DNA of 64,000 nucleotides. Origin: Candidatus Nomurabacteria bacterium (GTDB lineage: Bacteria; Patescibacteriota; Saccharimonadia; JAGOAT01). Shown here one piece after another: positions 1 through 8,409 of the stretch. Where the stretch lies: the NCBI GenBank assembly GCA_020639315.1, contig JACKGM010000002.1, forward strand, positions 158,321-222,320, read 5' to 3'. Positions within the stretch are counted from its first letter, which is position 1; the number at the start of each line of letters is the position of its first letter. The notes under the pieces are model-generated. The model did not search any database. It saw only the letters and a list, made by a program, of their open reading frames with translations, and had not been told where the DNA came from. Made by a program: the position numbers and the translations under genes.

Positions 1-353
1 TCGAAGGTCAAATTAAATTGGTCAGTGAGGGTTATCTCGGAGAAAACTTTGAATCACGCCCAAATCTAGAGCAAATCCTTACACAAAAATCAAAGCTGGA
101 ATCAATCTATTTGCAAGCTCTAGCTATTTGGACTAAGGACAGTAGAATCAGTCGAATAGTAATCTGTACTCCAAGCTGGCAACTTGAAGACCAAATGGTT
201 TCACTAAACCTTATTGACCAATCAAAAGATTTGGGATATAATTTACTAAAGTTTGGTCTAGGACAGCCAGATGATCGGTTGATTTATGGTCGTCCAGGTC
301 AATTTGTTAAGAGAGAGTTATTAGTATTGGAGAAGAGTAATGTCAAAAACTAA
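1..353 (+). CDS. hypothetical protein, 5' end outside window
   Basis: The reading frame stays open back to nt 3, so the TTG at 18 in the ORF track is probably internal. No motif recognised. The end overlaps the rpmA start by 14 nt. Confidence 0.3.
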   Translation, partial: EGQIKLVSEGYLGENFESRPNLEQILTQKSKLESIYLQALAIWTKDSRISRIVICTPSWQLEDQMVSLNLIDQSKDLGYNLLKFGLGQPDDRLIYGRPGQFVKRELLVLEKSNVKN

Positions 354-624
354 AGCCGGTGGTTCTACTAAAAACGGAAGAGATTCCAAAGGTCAGAGAC
401 TAGGTCTCAAGCTTTTTGGTGGTCAAGTAGTCAGGACTGGCCAGATTATCTTGAGACAACGCGGTACTAGGTACAAAGCTGGCAATAATACCTTCACCTC
501 CAAGGATCAAACTATTCACGCTAGTCAAGATGGACAAGTAGCTTTCAGACAACGCAAGGCTCGCAATTATGCAGGCAAACCAGTAGTCAGAACCTATGTC
601 GATGTAGTTGACGTAGTCTCCTAA
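340..624 (+). CDS. rpmA: 50S ribosomal protein L27
   Basis: AGGSTKNGRDSKGQRLGLK...GQIILRQRGTRYKAG matches the L27 signature; 94 aa. Confidence 0.95.
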   Translation: MSKTKAGGSTKNGRDSKGQRLGLKLFGGQVVRTGQIILRQRGTRYKAGNNTFTSKDQTIHASQDGQVAFRQRKARNYAGKPVVRTYVDVVDVVS

Positions 625-625
625 A

Positions 626-1573
626 TTGTCAGACACATCTAAAATATTTGCCCTAGCCCCAATGGAGGCAGTAACTGATAGGGTATTTCGGTATATGATC
701 GAAACCTATGCCCCTGCCGATCTATATTTTACGGAATTTTGTTGTGTAGATAGCTGGGACACACCTGGCTGGTCGGTAAGCTCCAAGCGTCTTGATCGCT
801 ACCCAAATGAAACCAAGTTGATTGCCCAAATCTGGGGATCAAATCCGGATAAATATTATCAAGTCTCCAGATACTTAGCTGCCAATAACTATCAAGGGGT
901 TGATATCAATATGGGTTGTCCAGACAAGGCTGTAATCAAGAAAGGCTGTTGTGCAGCCCTAGCAGACAACCAACCTCTAGCTCGAGAGATTATTCAAGCC
1001 GTCCAGGAAGGGGCAGGAAATCTACCAGTCAGTGTTAAGACTAGACTTGGTAACAAATCAGATCAGTCGGAAATCTGGGTAGAATTTTTAGCAAAACAGG
1101 GAATTGATATGTTAACAATGCATGGTCGAATAGCTAAAGATATGAGTAAATACCCAGCCGACTGGGAGAAGATTGGACGCTCCTCTGTGATAGCAAAATC
1201 AGTCAACCCAGACATCAAATTTCTTGGTAATGGCGATCTACTGGATCTAGATCAAGCCAAGCACTATATTGACCTGTATCAGCTAGATGGTGTAATGATT
1301 GCTCGTGGTATCTTCTCAAACTTTTTTGTATTTAGTGGCAAGAAGGGAACTAAATCAGAATTACTCAAAGTGGCAAAGAAGCATTTAGAGTTATTTATCG
1401 ACTCAAACCAAGAATACTGTTTAAGGCGTTACTCAAGCTTTAAGAAATTTTTCAAGATGTATATCAGGGAGTTTGAAGGGGCTGACCAGCTTCGCTCTAG
1501 ACTGATGACAACCACTACTCCAGAGCAAGCACTTGATTTGCTATCCGATCAAGAAACTTTGGCGTCACCTTAG
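626..1573 (+). CDS. dus: tRNA-dihydrouridine synthase family protein
   Basis: LAPMEAVTD..., GVDINMGCP, VSVKTRLG and a TIM-barrel flavoenzyme layout typical of Dus. TTG start 2 nt after the rpmA stop. Confidence 0.85.
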   Translation: MSDTSKIFALAPMEAVTDRVFRYMIETYAPADLYFTEFCCVDSWDTPGWSVSSKRLDRYPNETKLIAQIWGSNPDKYYQVSRYLAANNYQGVDINMGCPDKAVIKKGCCAALADNQPLAREIIQAVQEGAGNLPVSVKTRLGNKSDQSEIWVEFLAKQGIDMLTMHGRIAKDMSKYPADWEKIGRSSVIAKSVNPDIKFLGNGDLLDLDQAKHYIDLYQLDGVMIARGIFSNFFVFSGKKGTKSELLKVAKKHLELFIDSNQEYCLRRYSSFKKFFKMYIREFEGADQLRSRLMTTTTPEQALDLLSDQETLASP

Positions 1574-2048
1574 CTGTTGTGCCTGTTATTAGATAGAGTT
1601 TTTGTTTACCATTAGTATTTGCGGAGTTAATAAAATATGGGCCTATTTTACGGTTTCCTTTATGTCTTAACGTGTTGCTTGTGGTTGGGTTCAGATACAC
1701 TTCGTCATATTCTGTACCATTGGCCGTACAAGGAGCTCCATGCCTTTGATACACCAATACAGTAGGCAAAGTATAGACCCTACCATCATGCTTAATAAAC
1801 TGACCTGTAGACAAAAACCTTTCTGGAAGGTGACTTGTAAGTAGTAATTTTTTATTGGGTTCATTTGGGTCTAGAGTGTGCATAATAGTTATCAAGCCCT
1901 CAGCTTCTTGAATTTTTGCTAGGCTTAAGTCGCGACACTTTTCAGGTATCCATAGAGTCGGAGGATACCCATCATAATATTCTACTAAATTCCCTAATAG
2001 ACTATTACTCGATGGAGGATACTCACCCTCATTTCTGACTTCACCCAT
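1515..2048 (-). CDS. hypothetical protein
   Basis: 177-aa ORF convergent with dus, with a 59-nt 3' overlap. No recognisable motif. A MITE-A copy starts 2 nt upstream of its ATG. Confidence 0.35.
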   Translation of the reverse strand: MGEVRNEGEYPPSSNSLLGNLVEYYDGYPPTLWIPEKCRDLSLAKIQEAEGLITIMHTLDPNEPNKKLLLTSHLPERFLSTGQFIKHDGRVYTLPTVLVYQRHGAPCTANGTEYDEVYLNPTTSNTLRHKGNRKIGPYFINSANTNGKQKLYLITGTTAKVTPKFLDRIANQVLALE

Positions 2049-2050
2049 TA

Positions 2051-2213
2051 TATAGCAAGCTCAAAACTAAACCAGACTTTTGACCCAACTCTAGAGTCTA
2101 TCAAGCTAGTTTTCTTACTCACCATATCTATGGATATGGCTCTTAAGAAGAACTACCTTTATAGTTCTCTATAGTACAGCTCAAATTGTCTGGTTTGGTT
2201 TGAGTTTGCTATA
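2051..2213 (+). mobile_element. MITE-A copy (163 bp), terminal inverted repeats TATAGCAAGCTCAAAAC(A/T)AAACCAGAC
   Basis: About 27-bp TIRs. The internal sequence is near-identical to copies at 7693, 30524 and 52309. Internal palindrome CCATATCtatgGATATGG. Confidence 0.75.
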
Positions 2214-2245
2214 ACTCCTAAATTACAATGGTATAATACCATAAT

Positions 2246-3340
2246 ATGAGTCAAAAGTTTAGATCAATCATAAAAAATGTCAAATCAAGACTAACTTTTC
2301 GTAATATTATTTTTGCAATTGCAATAGTTGGCCTAATTAGCCTAGTATCATCTAGTATCCCCCAACTAAAAAACCTTACTCAAACGATCAAGGATATCAA
2401 CCTCTTAATCTTAGTCTTGGCAATCTTTCCCCGAGTCTTTAGTATTTTTTGTCAGGCAGGCTACTTCAAAAGTATTATTATCCATGACAAGAAGAAGCCC
2501 TGGCCTAGCCTCTCTCATATTGCACCCTTCTGGACAATGAATACGATCAATCTGCTTGTTCCAAGTGGGGGAATTGCTGGACTTAAGTACATGCAGACCA
2601 AGCTCTATCCGGAGACAAAATTTAGCGAAGTTAGCTCTGCCAATTTCTTATTTTATATATTCAATGGTCTGGCGATATTTAGCTGGCTGGTTGTTGCTTT
2701 CTTTAGCCTGATTTGGAGTGACAATATTGATCTAATCAGCTTCAAAATAGTATATATCATTCTTGGGCTCCTAATCGTCCTAATGCTTCTAATTATTCTT
2801 GTCACAATCGCAGTTGACTTTTTCAAAAACCTTACCAACCTTGCTTTAATCCCGGTAGAAAAATTAATCAAAAAATTTAAACCAAGTTTTGACAGAGAGC
2901 AAGCTGTAACCTTTATCAATGATCACCTTGATCAAATCCATCGACTGGTGGTAGAAGACAAAAACTTTCTCTGGCCACTTGGATTTGCGATCATGGGGGT
3001 ATTTGCTGATATCTTGACTATTGCCATTGTCTTTTGGTCGCTTGGTGATATCCTAAATATTGGGATTATAATAGTTGCTTATAGCTTCGCTTTGGGTAGT
3101 AGTGTTGGGTCAATTTTTGCTGGTGGAGTGGGGATATATGAGACAGTAATGACTACTACTTTTGTCACCTTAGGCGTACCCTTTAGCTTGGCTTTGCCTG
3201 GTACCTTGATCTATAGATTGGTCAGTGTCTGGATTCCGATTATCCCCGGGGCATACTATTATCAGCAGTATCAAAACAAACTAAATCAAGCAGCCAAAGT
3301 GACCAAACCCAAAGATGATTCAAGTATTCAATCAAGCTAA
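2246..3340 (+). CDS. multi-pass integral membrane protein (possibly UPF0104/flippase-like)
   Basis: 364 aa with about 8 hydrophobic segments. The family assignment is a by-eye impression only. Confidence 0.45.
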   Translation: MSQKFRSIIKNVKSRLTFRNIIFAIAIVGLISLVSSSIPQLKNLTQTIKDINLLILVLAIFPRVFSIFCQAGYFKSIIIHDKKKPWPSLSHIAPFWTMNTINLLVPSGGIAGLKYMQTKLYPETKFSEVSSANFLFYIFNGLAIFSWLVVAFFSLIWSDNIDLISFKIVYIILGLLIVLMLLIILVTIAVDFFKNLTNLALIPVEKLIKKFKPSFDREQAVTFINDHLDQIHRLVVEDKNFLWPLGFAIMGVFADILTIAIVFWSLGDILNIGIIIVAYSFALGSSVGSIFAGGVGIYETVMTTTFVTLGVPFSLALPGTLIYRLVSVWIPIIPGAYYYQQYQNKLNQAAKVTKPKDDSSIQSS

Positions 3341-4082
3341 ATTAGACTTTAGTCAGCTACTCAATCGTCCAACAAGAAAGCAAAACCGACAGAGTATAGC
3401 TTTGGTAGCAAGTGATCTGATAGCGATTAGCCAGGTAGAGCCTTTGTATAGAACAATTGCTGACAATTATCAGTTTTACCTCGAAAACAAGCCAGACCTG
3501 AGTCTCCCGATATCAGATCTTGAATATCTGAGTAGCCAACCTAGGGGCTTTAACCAAATAGTATATGGGCTTGGTTCTAGCTTCAGCGATAAGCTCAGAT
3601 CTAATATTGCTCCATCTATCGAGATAAATCCGACAGCTAGTCTTAGCTTGGTAAATCAAGCAAGTAAGTGGCTCAAACCAGACGATACCAATTTTGCTAA
3701 TCTAGATACAAGGCTAATTATTAACATCCATCATTTTTATAAACTTATCAGAAATTTTGGGATAGCCTTGCCAAAAGATAATAACAATCTAGTCCTTTTG
3801 GAAAGTAGCTTGATCGAGCTACAGAGTAAGCTCAGCCTATCTAGTATCAGTCTAATTCTTCGAGATAAGCTATGGATCTATTTTAGCCCAACTGACAATT
3901 TGATTATAAATTTTACAATCCCCAGTAGCCTTATGCTGGACTTAATCCAGGCTACCATCATCAGCTTTCAACAACCAGATGACCCTGCTTCGCTTGACTT
4001 GATTGGCAGTATTTTGACCCAAACCCAAAGTAGTCAGCTTGAGCTTAGTCTGGCAAAGCTAAAACGAATTTTATCCTCTTAA
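3315..4082 (+). CDS. hypothetical protein
   Basis: 255-aa ORF overlapping the upstream gene by 26 nt. No motif recognised. Confidence 0.4.
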   Translation: MIQVFNQAKLDFSQLLNRPTRKQNRQSIALVASDLIAISQVEPLYRTIADNYQFYLENKPDLSLPISDLEYLSSQPRGFNQIVYGLGSSFSDKLRSNIAPSIEINPTASLSLVNQASKWLKPDDTNFANLDTRLIINIHHFYKLIRNFGIALPKDNNNLVLLESSLIELQSKLSLSSISLILRDKLWIYFSPTDNLIINFTIPSSLMLDLIQATIISFQQPDDPASLDLIGSILTQTQSSQLELSLAKLKRILSS

Positions 4083-4108
4083 TAATCTCTAAAGTTTCAA
4101 GGCAATGC

Positions 4109-4587
4109 TGTCATCCTCCGAAACCCCGCCTCTCTCTTGTCATCCTCCGAAGTTCAGAGAACTTACGGGGGATCCAGTATTCGGCATTGTGCATTGTCAT
4201 CCTCCGAAACCCGTCCCTTGTCTTGTCATCCTCCGAAGTTCGGAGAACTTACGGGGGATCCAGTATTCTGGCATTGTGCATTGTCATCCTCCGAAACCCA
4301 GAGGGTTTACGGGGGATCCAGTGTTTAGTATTTCCTATGACCAACTCAAATACTGGATCTCCGGTATTTCCCCAAGGGGAAATCCGAAGATGACTGGAGG
4401 AAGAGGATTGTCATCCTCCGAAACTTTGTCCCTCTCCTGTCATCCTCCGAAGTTCGGAGAACTTACGGGGGATCCAGTATTCGGCATTGTGCATTGTCAT
4501 CCTCCGAAACCCAGAGGGTTTACGGGGGATCCAGTATCCCAGCATTTGCATCCGTCATACTCAGAGCTTGCTCTGGGTATCCAGAAA
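4109..4587. repeat. REP/BIME-like hairpin repeat cluster A (about 7 full units, 3 half units, 1 reverse unit)
   Basis: Repeated TGTCATCCTCCGAA-[stem-loop]-TTACGGGGGATCCAGTATT. Reverse unit at 4348-4394. Variant GTCATACTCAGAGCttgCTCTGGGTATCCAG at 4554. Lies between convergent genes. Confidence 0.9.
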
Positions 4588-4605
4588 TACCTAATAACGG
4601 AGCCC

Positions 4606-5346
4606 CTACTTTCTACCAAATGACTCAAATGCCCGAAGAATTTCGAGCGGTATTGCAAATACTACAGTATTAGACTGGTCACTACTCAGATCATTTAAAG
4701 TATTTAGTGTCCTGAGATGAAGAGCGCCTGTACTTTGGGCCAAAGTGTCAGCAGCCAGCTTCAGATTCTCTGCTGCTACCACCTCGCCCTTGGACTTGAT
4801 CACCACAGCCCGTTTCTCCCGTTCAGCCTCAGCTTGCTTGGCAATCACCCTCTGCATATCATCCGGCAAAATTATGTCCTTGAGCTCCACACTCTCGACA
4901 CTAATCCCCCAGGGGTCTGAAGTCGTATCAATAATATTGCGAATCTTTTCAGCAGCTGTTTCCCGATTGGCTAGTAACTGATCTAGATCCATCTCACCAC
5001 AAACATTACGCATCGTAGTTTGGGCGAGCTGACTAATCGCAAAGTAGTAATTTTCGACTGCCAAGACAGCCTTGGAAGCATCATTGACTTTGTAATAAAT
5101 CACTGCATTGATTCTGGCAGATACATTATCTTTGGTGATCGCCTCTTGGCTCGGGACATCTACTGTCTTGACTCTGATATCAACCTTGGTCATGCTCTGG
5201 ATTACAGGGAAGATTAGTCTCCAGCCAGGGCCAACAATCCCCTTGTATCGACCAAACTGAAATTTTACTCCTCTCTGATATTCATCTACTTGGCGAATAC
5301 TAACTAAAATAACCAATAATCCAAAAACCAATAATCCTACACCCAT
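4606..5346 (-). CDS. SPFH/band-7 (stomatin/prohibitin-like) membrane protein
   Basis: N-terminal TM segment, then VDEYQRGVKFQFGRY...DVPSQEAITKDNV...AEREKRA, typical of an SPFH domain. Start moved to the ATG at 5346, which is preceded by AGGAGG; the ORF-track start at 5403 has no RBS. Confidence 0.85.
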   Translation of the reverse strand: MGVGLLVFGLLVILVSIRQVDEYQRGVKFQFGRYKGIVGPGWRLIFPVIQSMTKVDIRVKTVDVPSQEAITKDNVSARINAVIYYKVNDASKAVLAVENYYFAISQLAQTTMRNVCGEMDLDQLLANRETAAEKIRNIIDTTSDPWGISVESVELKDIILPDDMQRVIAKQAEAEREKRAVVIKSKGEVVAAENLKLAADTLAQSTGALHLRTLNTLNDLSSDQSNTVVFAIPLEILRAFESFGRK

Positions 5347-5492
5347 TTTACCTCCTGGCATTAATACTACTTTAACCATATAGTAATTAGGAAGCAAAAT
5401 CAAATAACAATAGGTAGAACTTTCGCATTTCCTGATAGATTTTCAGCTTCTTAAAAAGGATTGATAGTAGAGAATTACGGGGGTGGTTGCAT

Positions 5493-5537
5493 TGTCATCC
5501 TCCGAAAATCCAAAGGATTTTACGGGGGATCCAGTAT
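5493..5537 (+). repeat. single REP-like hairpin unit (AATCC/GGATT stem)
   Basis: TGTCATCCTCCGAAAATCCaaaGGATTTTACGGGGGATCCAGTAT. A partial TTACGGGGG lies just upstream at 5475. Confidence 0.85.
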
Positions 5538-5604
5538 CTCGTATCTGTATTCCGTTATAAACTAGTAAATTTCTATTGACCAAGAATGATCATTAATGTT
5601 AACC

Positions 5605-5790
5605 TATACATCAGTCCTTGGTGGAATCTATGATCACAATAGAACGGGGAAGTAGGGTGAGATTCCCTCGCTGTGCCGCAACTGTAAGTCTGATAATCTA
5701 TCAGGCAAAGCCAGAATACCGTACCATCATCAGACGTATCCTTCGTAGCAAAGGAGCGTGCGGTATTAATCGATCTCACTACCCTTGCTA
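5605..5790 (+). promoter_or_regulatory. cobalamin (B12) riboswitch (boundaries approximate)
   Basis: GGTGG...AGAACGGGGAAGTAGGGTGAGATTCCCTCGCTGTGCCGCAACTGTAAG...GCAAAGCCAGAATACC matches the conserved core and B12 box of the cobalamin riboswitch. It lies directly 5' of the ORF at 5813. Confidence 0.8.
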
Positions 5791-5812
5791 AGTATTAGAT
5801 AACAGGGGAGTA

Positions 5813-6502
5813 ATGAAAAGATTAATAAGTAAGTCGAGTTTAGCTACTAGAAAAAAAGACTTAATCCTATTAGGCCTGACTCTATCTGTGGTCGTTCTAA
5901 CCTTTAGTTCGATCAAGGTACTGGCTAATCAACCAGCTTACTTGACACCAGAGCCGACCAATACAACTATTGATCAAGATAGCACAAAAATCACCGATCA
6001 GACTTTTGCCTCATCTCCTGACTCCAAGCCCGCAACTGACTTTTCAGATCCGATAGAGAATACTAATCCCCCTACCAATCAAAATCTATCGCCCCAAGTA
6101 ACCCGCTCAGATCAAGGCCCAACTACTCCCAATCCCCAGCCAACTTTAACCCCCGAGGTTACTTCTCTCAGCCAACCAACTCCTCAGCCTACTATTATTC
6201 CAACTACTTTAGCAGTCAAGCTTCAAATCAACCTAGACCCAGTCATCCAGCTGTCAGTAACCGATCAGATCAATCAATGCGACCTCTTGAACCAAGCCTT
6301 TACCCAGGGCAAGCTAACTGAGCTCAATATTCGCTATTTTTCGGAATACTCCAGTCTGGGGGTACTAAGTATCAATGGGATAGGCAACCCAAATCAAGTC
6401 TATTGGACATATAAAGTCAATGGCGTTAGTCCCCCTTTGGGTTGCTCTCAGGTTTTGGTCAAATCTGGAGACTTTGTGTTTTGGGAATATCAATCTAACT
6501 AA
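5813..6502 (+). CDS. secreted/membrane-anchored DUF4430 (transcobalamin beta-domain-like) protein
   Basis: N-terminal signal/anchor, a Pro/Thr/Gln-rich linker, and C-terminal ...SINGIGNPNQVYWTYKVNGVSPPLGCSQVLVKSGDFVFWEY, the DUF4430 pattern. Lies downstream of the B12 riboswitch. Confidence 0.75.
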   Translation: MKRLISKSSLATRKKDLILLGLTLSVVVLTFSSIKVLANQPAYLTPEPTNTTIDQDSTKITDQTFASSPDSKPATDFSDPIENTNPPTNQNLSPQVTRSDQGPTTPNPQPTLTPEVTSLSQPTPQPTIIPTTLAVKLQINLDPVIQLSVTDQINQCDLLNQAFTQGKLTELNIRYFSEYSSLGVLSINGIGNPNQVYWTYKVNGVSPPLGCSQVLVKSGDFVFWEYQSN

Positions 6503-6517
6503 TACATATAAGGAGAC

Positions 6518-7705
6518 GTGGTGAGAAAAAATATCAATCTAATACTATCAATTATTATCATCTTGACTGCAAATTTAATCTGGCAGACCCAATCCTTTGC
6601 AATCTCACCGATCAGCAATATTGATTGTCAATTGCTGGATGCAACAAATTATCTCAGCACTCAGCAGTCTACTGCTACCGGAGAAATCACTGGATTTGGG
6701 GGCAATTCGGACTGGGCAAGTATCGGTTTAGTAACCGCTGGACTTGACCCAGCAAGCTTTAGCTACCAATCTAGCCCGACCATCGTTCAATACCTAGCTA
6801 GCAACCCCTTAGATCCTGCTAGCTCAGCTACCACGATCGAAAAGAGGATTTTAGCAATTAATGCACTCAGACAAGACCCTCAAAATTTTTATGGAATAAA
6901 CTATCTAGATCAATTACTTGGTAGCTATCAAGCCAATCAACTGGGCGATCCAACCCTGCTCAATGATGATATCTTTGGCATCATGGCACTGCTTGGCAGT
7001 AATCAGACTACACAAATAGCCCTATTGGATAGCCTCAATTACTTAGTAGATAACCAAGAGCCCGATGGAGGATTTGGCTATAGCTTATCAAGTGGTTCTG
7101 ATACCAATGATACCGCTTCAGCCCTGGTAGCCTTGATCAGTAGCCAGCGGGCTGGGTTGACTCATCCCAATCTAGATCAGGTCATAGCAGGCGCGATTAA
7201 TTATCTAATACCCAGTCAAAATCTAGATGGTGGCTTCGGCTATTTGCCAGGTGATCCTTCCGATGGGTCTTCTACTGCTTGGGGACTAATTGCACTCAAT
7301 GCAATTGGTACCATTCAGGATGTTCAAGCCTATCAAGGGTTAGCTAGCCAATGGCTGATTGACAACCAGCTGAGCGATGGAGGATTTGGCTACTTGGCTG
7401 AATATGGTTCTGACACCTATACTACCAGCCACGCACTAATAGCCTTGACTGGCAATACTTGGCTCAATCCACAATCAGATCAGTTGAGCTGCAACGATCA
7501 AGCTACTGATCCAGTCCAGTCAAACAGCCAAGATACCCCAGCTGATTCTTCCAATCAAACCACCCAAGCCGAGACCGGTACTGTGCAAGGATACACCCAA
7601 GTCACTAGTCTACCAAATACTGGAAGCTCAAATCTGGTGTCTTTAGTGATCGTCCTCATGCCTTTGACTGCAATCTTAAGAAAGATTACTCGTATAGCAA
7701 GTTAA
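6518..7705 (+). CDS. LPXTG-anchored surface protein with prenyltransferase/terpene-cyclase-like alpha-alpha toroid repeats
   Basis: Signal peptide. Four (D/P)DGGFGY repeats. C-terminal LPNTG plus a hydrophobic stretch and a basic tail. GTG start. The last 3 codons and the stop lie inside the MITE-A TIR. Confidence 0.7.
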   Translation: MVRKNINLILSIIIILTANLIWQTQSFAISPISNIDCQLLDATNYLSTQQSTATGEITGFGGNSDWASIGLVTAGLDPASFSYQSSPTIVQYLASNPLDPASSATTIEKRILAINALRQDPQNFYGINYLDQLLGSYQANQLGDPTLLNDDIFGIMALLGSNQTTQIALLDSLNYLVDNQEPDGGFGYSLSSGSDTNDTASALVALISSQRAGLTHPNLDQVIAGAINYLIPSQNLDGGFGYLPGDPSDGSSTAWGLIALNAIGTIQDVQAYQGLASQWLIDNQLSDGGFGYLAEYGSDTYTTSHALIALTGNTWLNPQSDQLSCNDQATDPVQSNSQDTPADSSNQTTQAETGTVQGYTQVTSLPNTGSSNLVSLVIVLMPLTAILRKITRIAS

Positions 7706-8020
7706 AAACAAAACCAGACTTTTGACCCAACTCTAGAGTAACCCTGTTGCCATATAAACTTGCGAGGTCAAAGCTGATGATTTTTATTCCAGAATAGCAA
7801 AACACGACAAAGCATAACAAGAGTTACGCTGCGAAGTGTTTTGCTAGTCTGGGGCAAAAATGGCAGTTTTGAAGCCGTGAGGTTATATGGCAACAGGGTT
7901 AGTTTATAAAGCTAGTTTTCTTACTCACCATATCTATGGATATGGCTCTTAAGAAGAACTACCTTTCTAGTTCTCTATAGTACAGCTCAAATTGTCTGGT
8001 TTTGGTTTGGGCTTGCTATA
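7693..8020 (+). mobile_element. MITE-A copy interrupted by a nested MITE-B
   Basis: MITE-A left part 7693-7739 and right part 7901-8020 are colinear with the intact copies. The insertion at 7740-7900 is flanked by AGT/AGT. Confidence 0.8.
7740..7900 (+). mobile_element. MITE-B copy (161 bp), long imperfect hairpin, ends AACCCTGTTGCCATATAA...TTATATGGCAACAGGGTT
   Basis: Near-identical to the copy at 17679-17840. 3-bp direct repeat AGT on both flanks. Confidence 0.8.
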
Positions 8021-8047
8021 TCAAAACTATCTAGTGGTAGCAAGGCT

Positions 8048-8235
8048 TGTCATCCTCCGAAACCTGTCCCTTGCCCTGTCATCCTCCGAAACTGTCTCTG
8101 TATTGTCATCCTTCGAAGTTCCACCCCTCTTCTGTCATCCTCCGAAAATCCAAAGGATTTTACGGGGGATCCAGTATTTGACACTGAGTATTGTCATCCT
8201 CCGAAGTTCAGAGGACTTACGGGGGATCCAGTATT
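8048..8235 (+). repeat. REP-like cluster B (3 half units + 2 full units)
   Basis: Same invariant TGTCATCCTCCGAA and TTACGGGGGATCCAGTATT blocks. Confidence 0.9.
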
Positions 8236-8409
8236 GGCATTTCTAGAACCCACCCCAGTCTTGCATTCAATACATAAATATGATAACACTATAGTTAAAA
8301 TATAGTAATCTCAAAACAAAAACGAATCAACTCGAGACAACCAGTAAAAGAATAATAGAGTTAGTTTTTAGTTCTTTTTTTTAATAATAACTAAAGGAGA
8401 AACTCCGAA

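Noticed and set aside
4105-4623. ORFs translating the REP-like clusters (4105-4623 and nested ORFs, 7992-8246, 17497-17736, 19831-20040, 46958-47410).
   Set aside because: They consist entirely of repeat units read in several frames (CHPPKP.., SSSETRPLS.., VILRNPSL..). They lack RBSs and change frame between clusters. They are treated as non-coding.
5573-5779. 68-aa minus-strand ORF.
   Set aside because: It lies entirely within, and antisense to, the cobalamin riboswitch.
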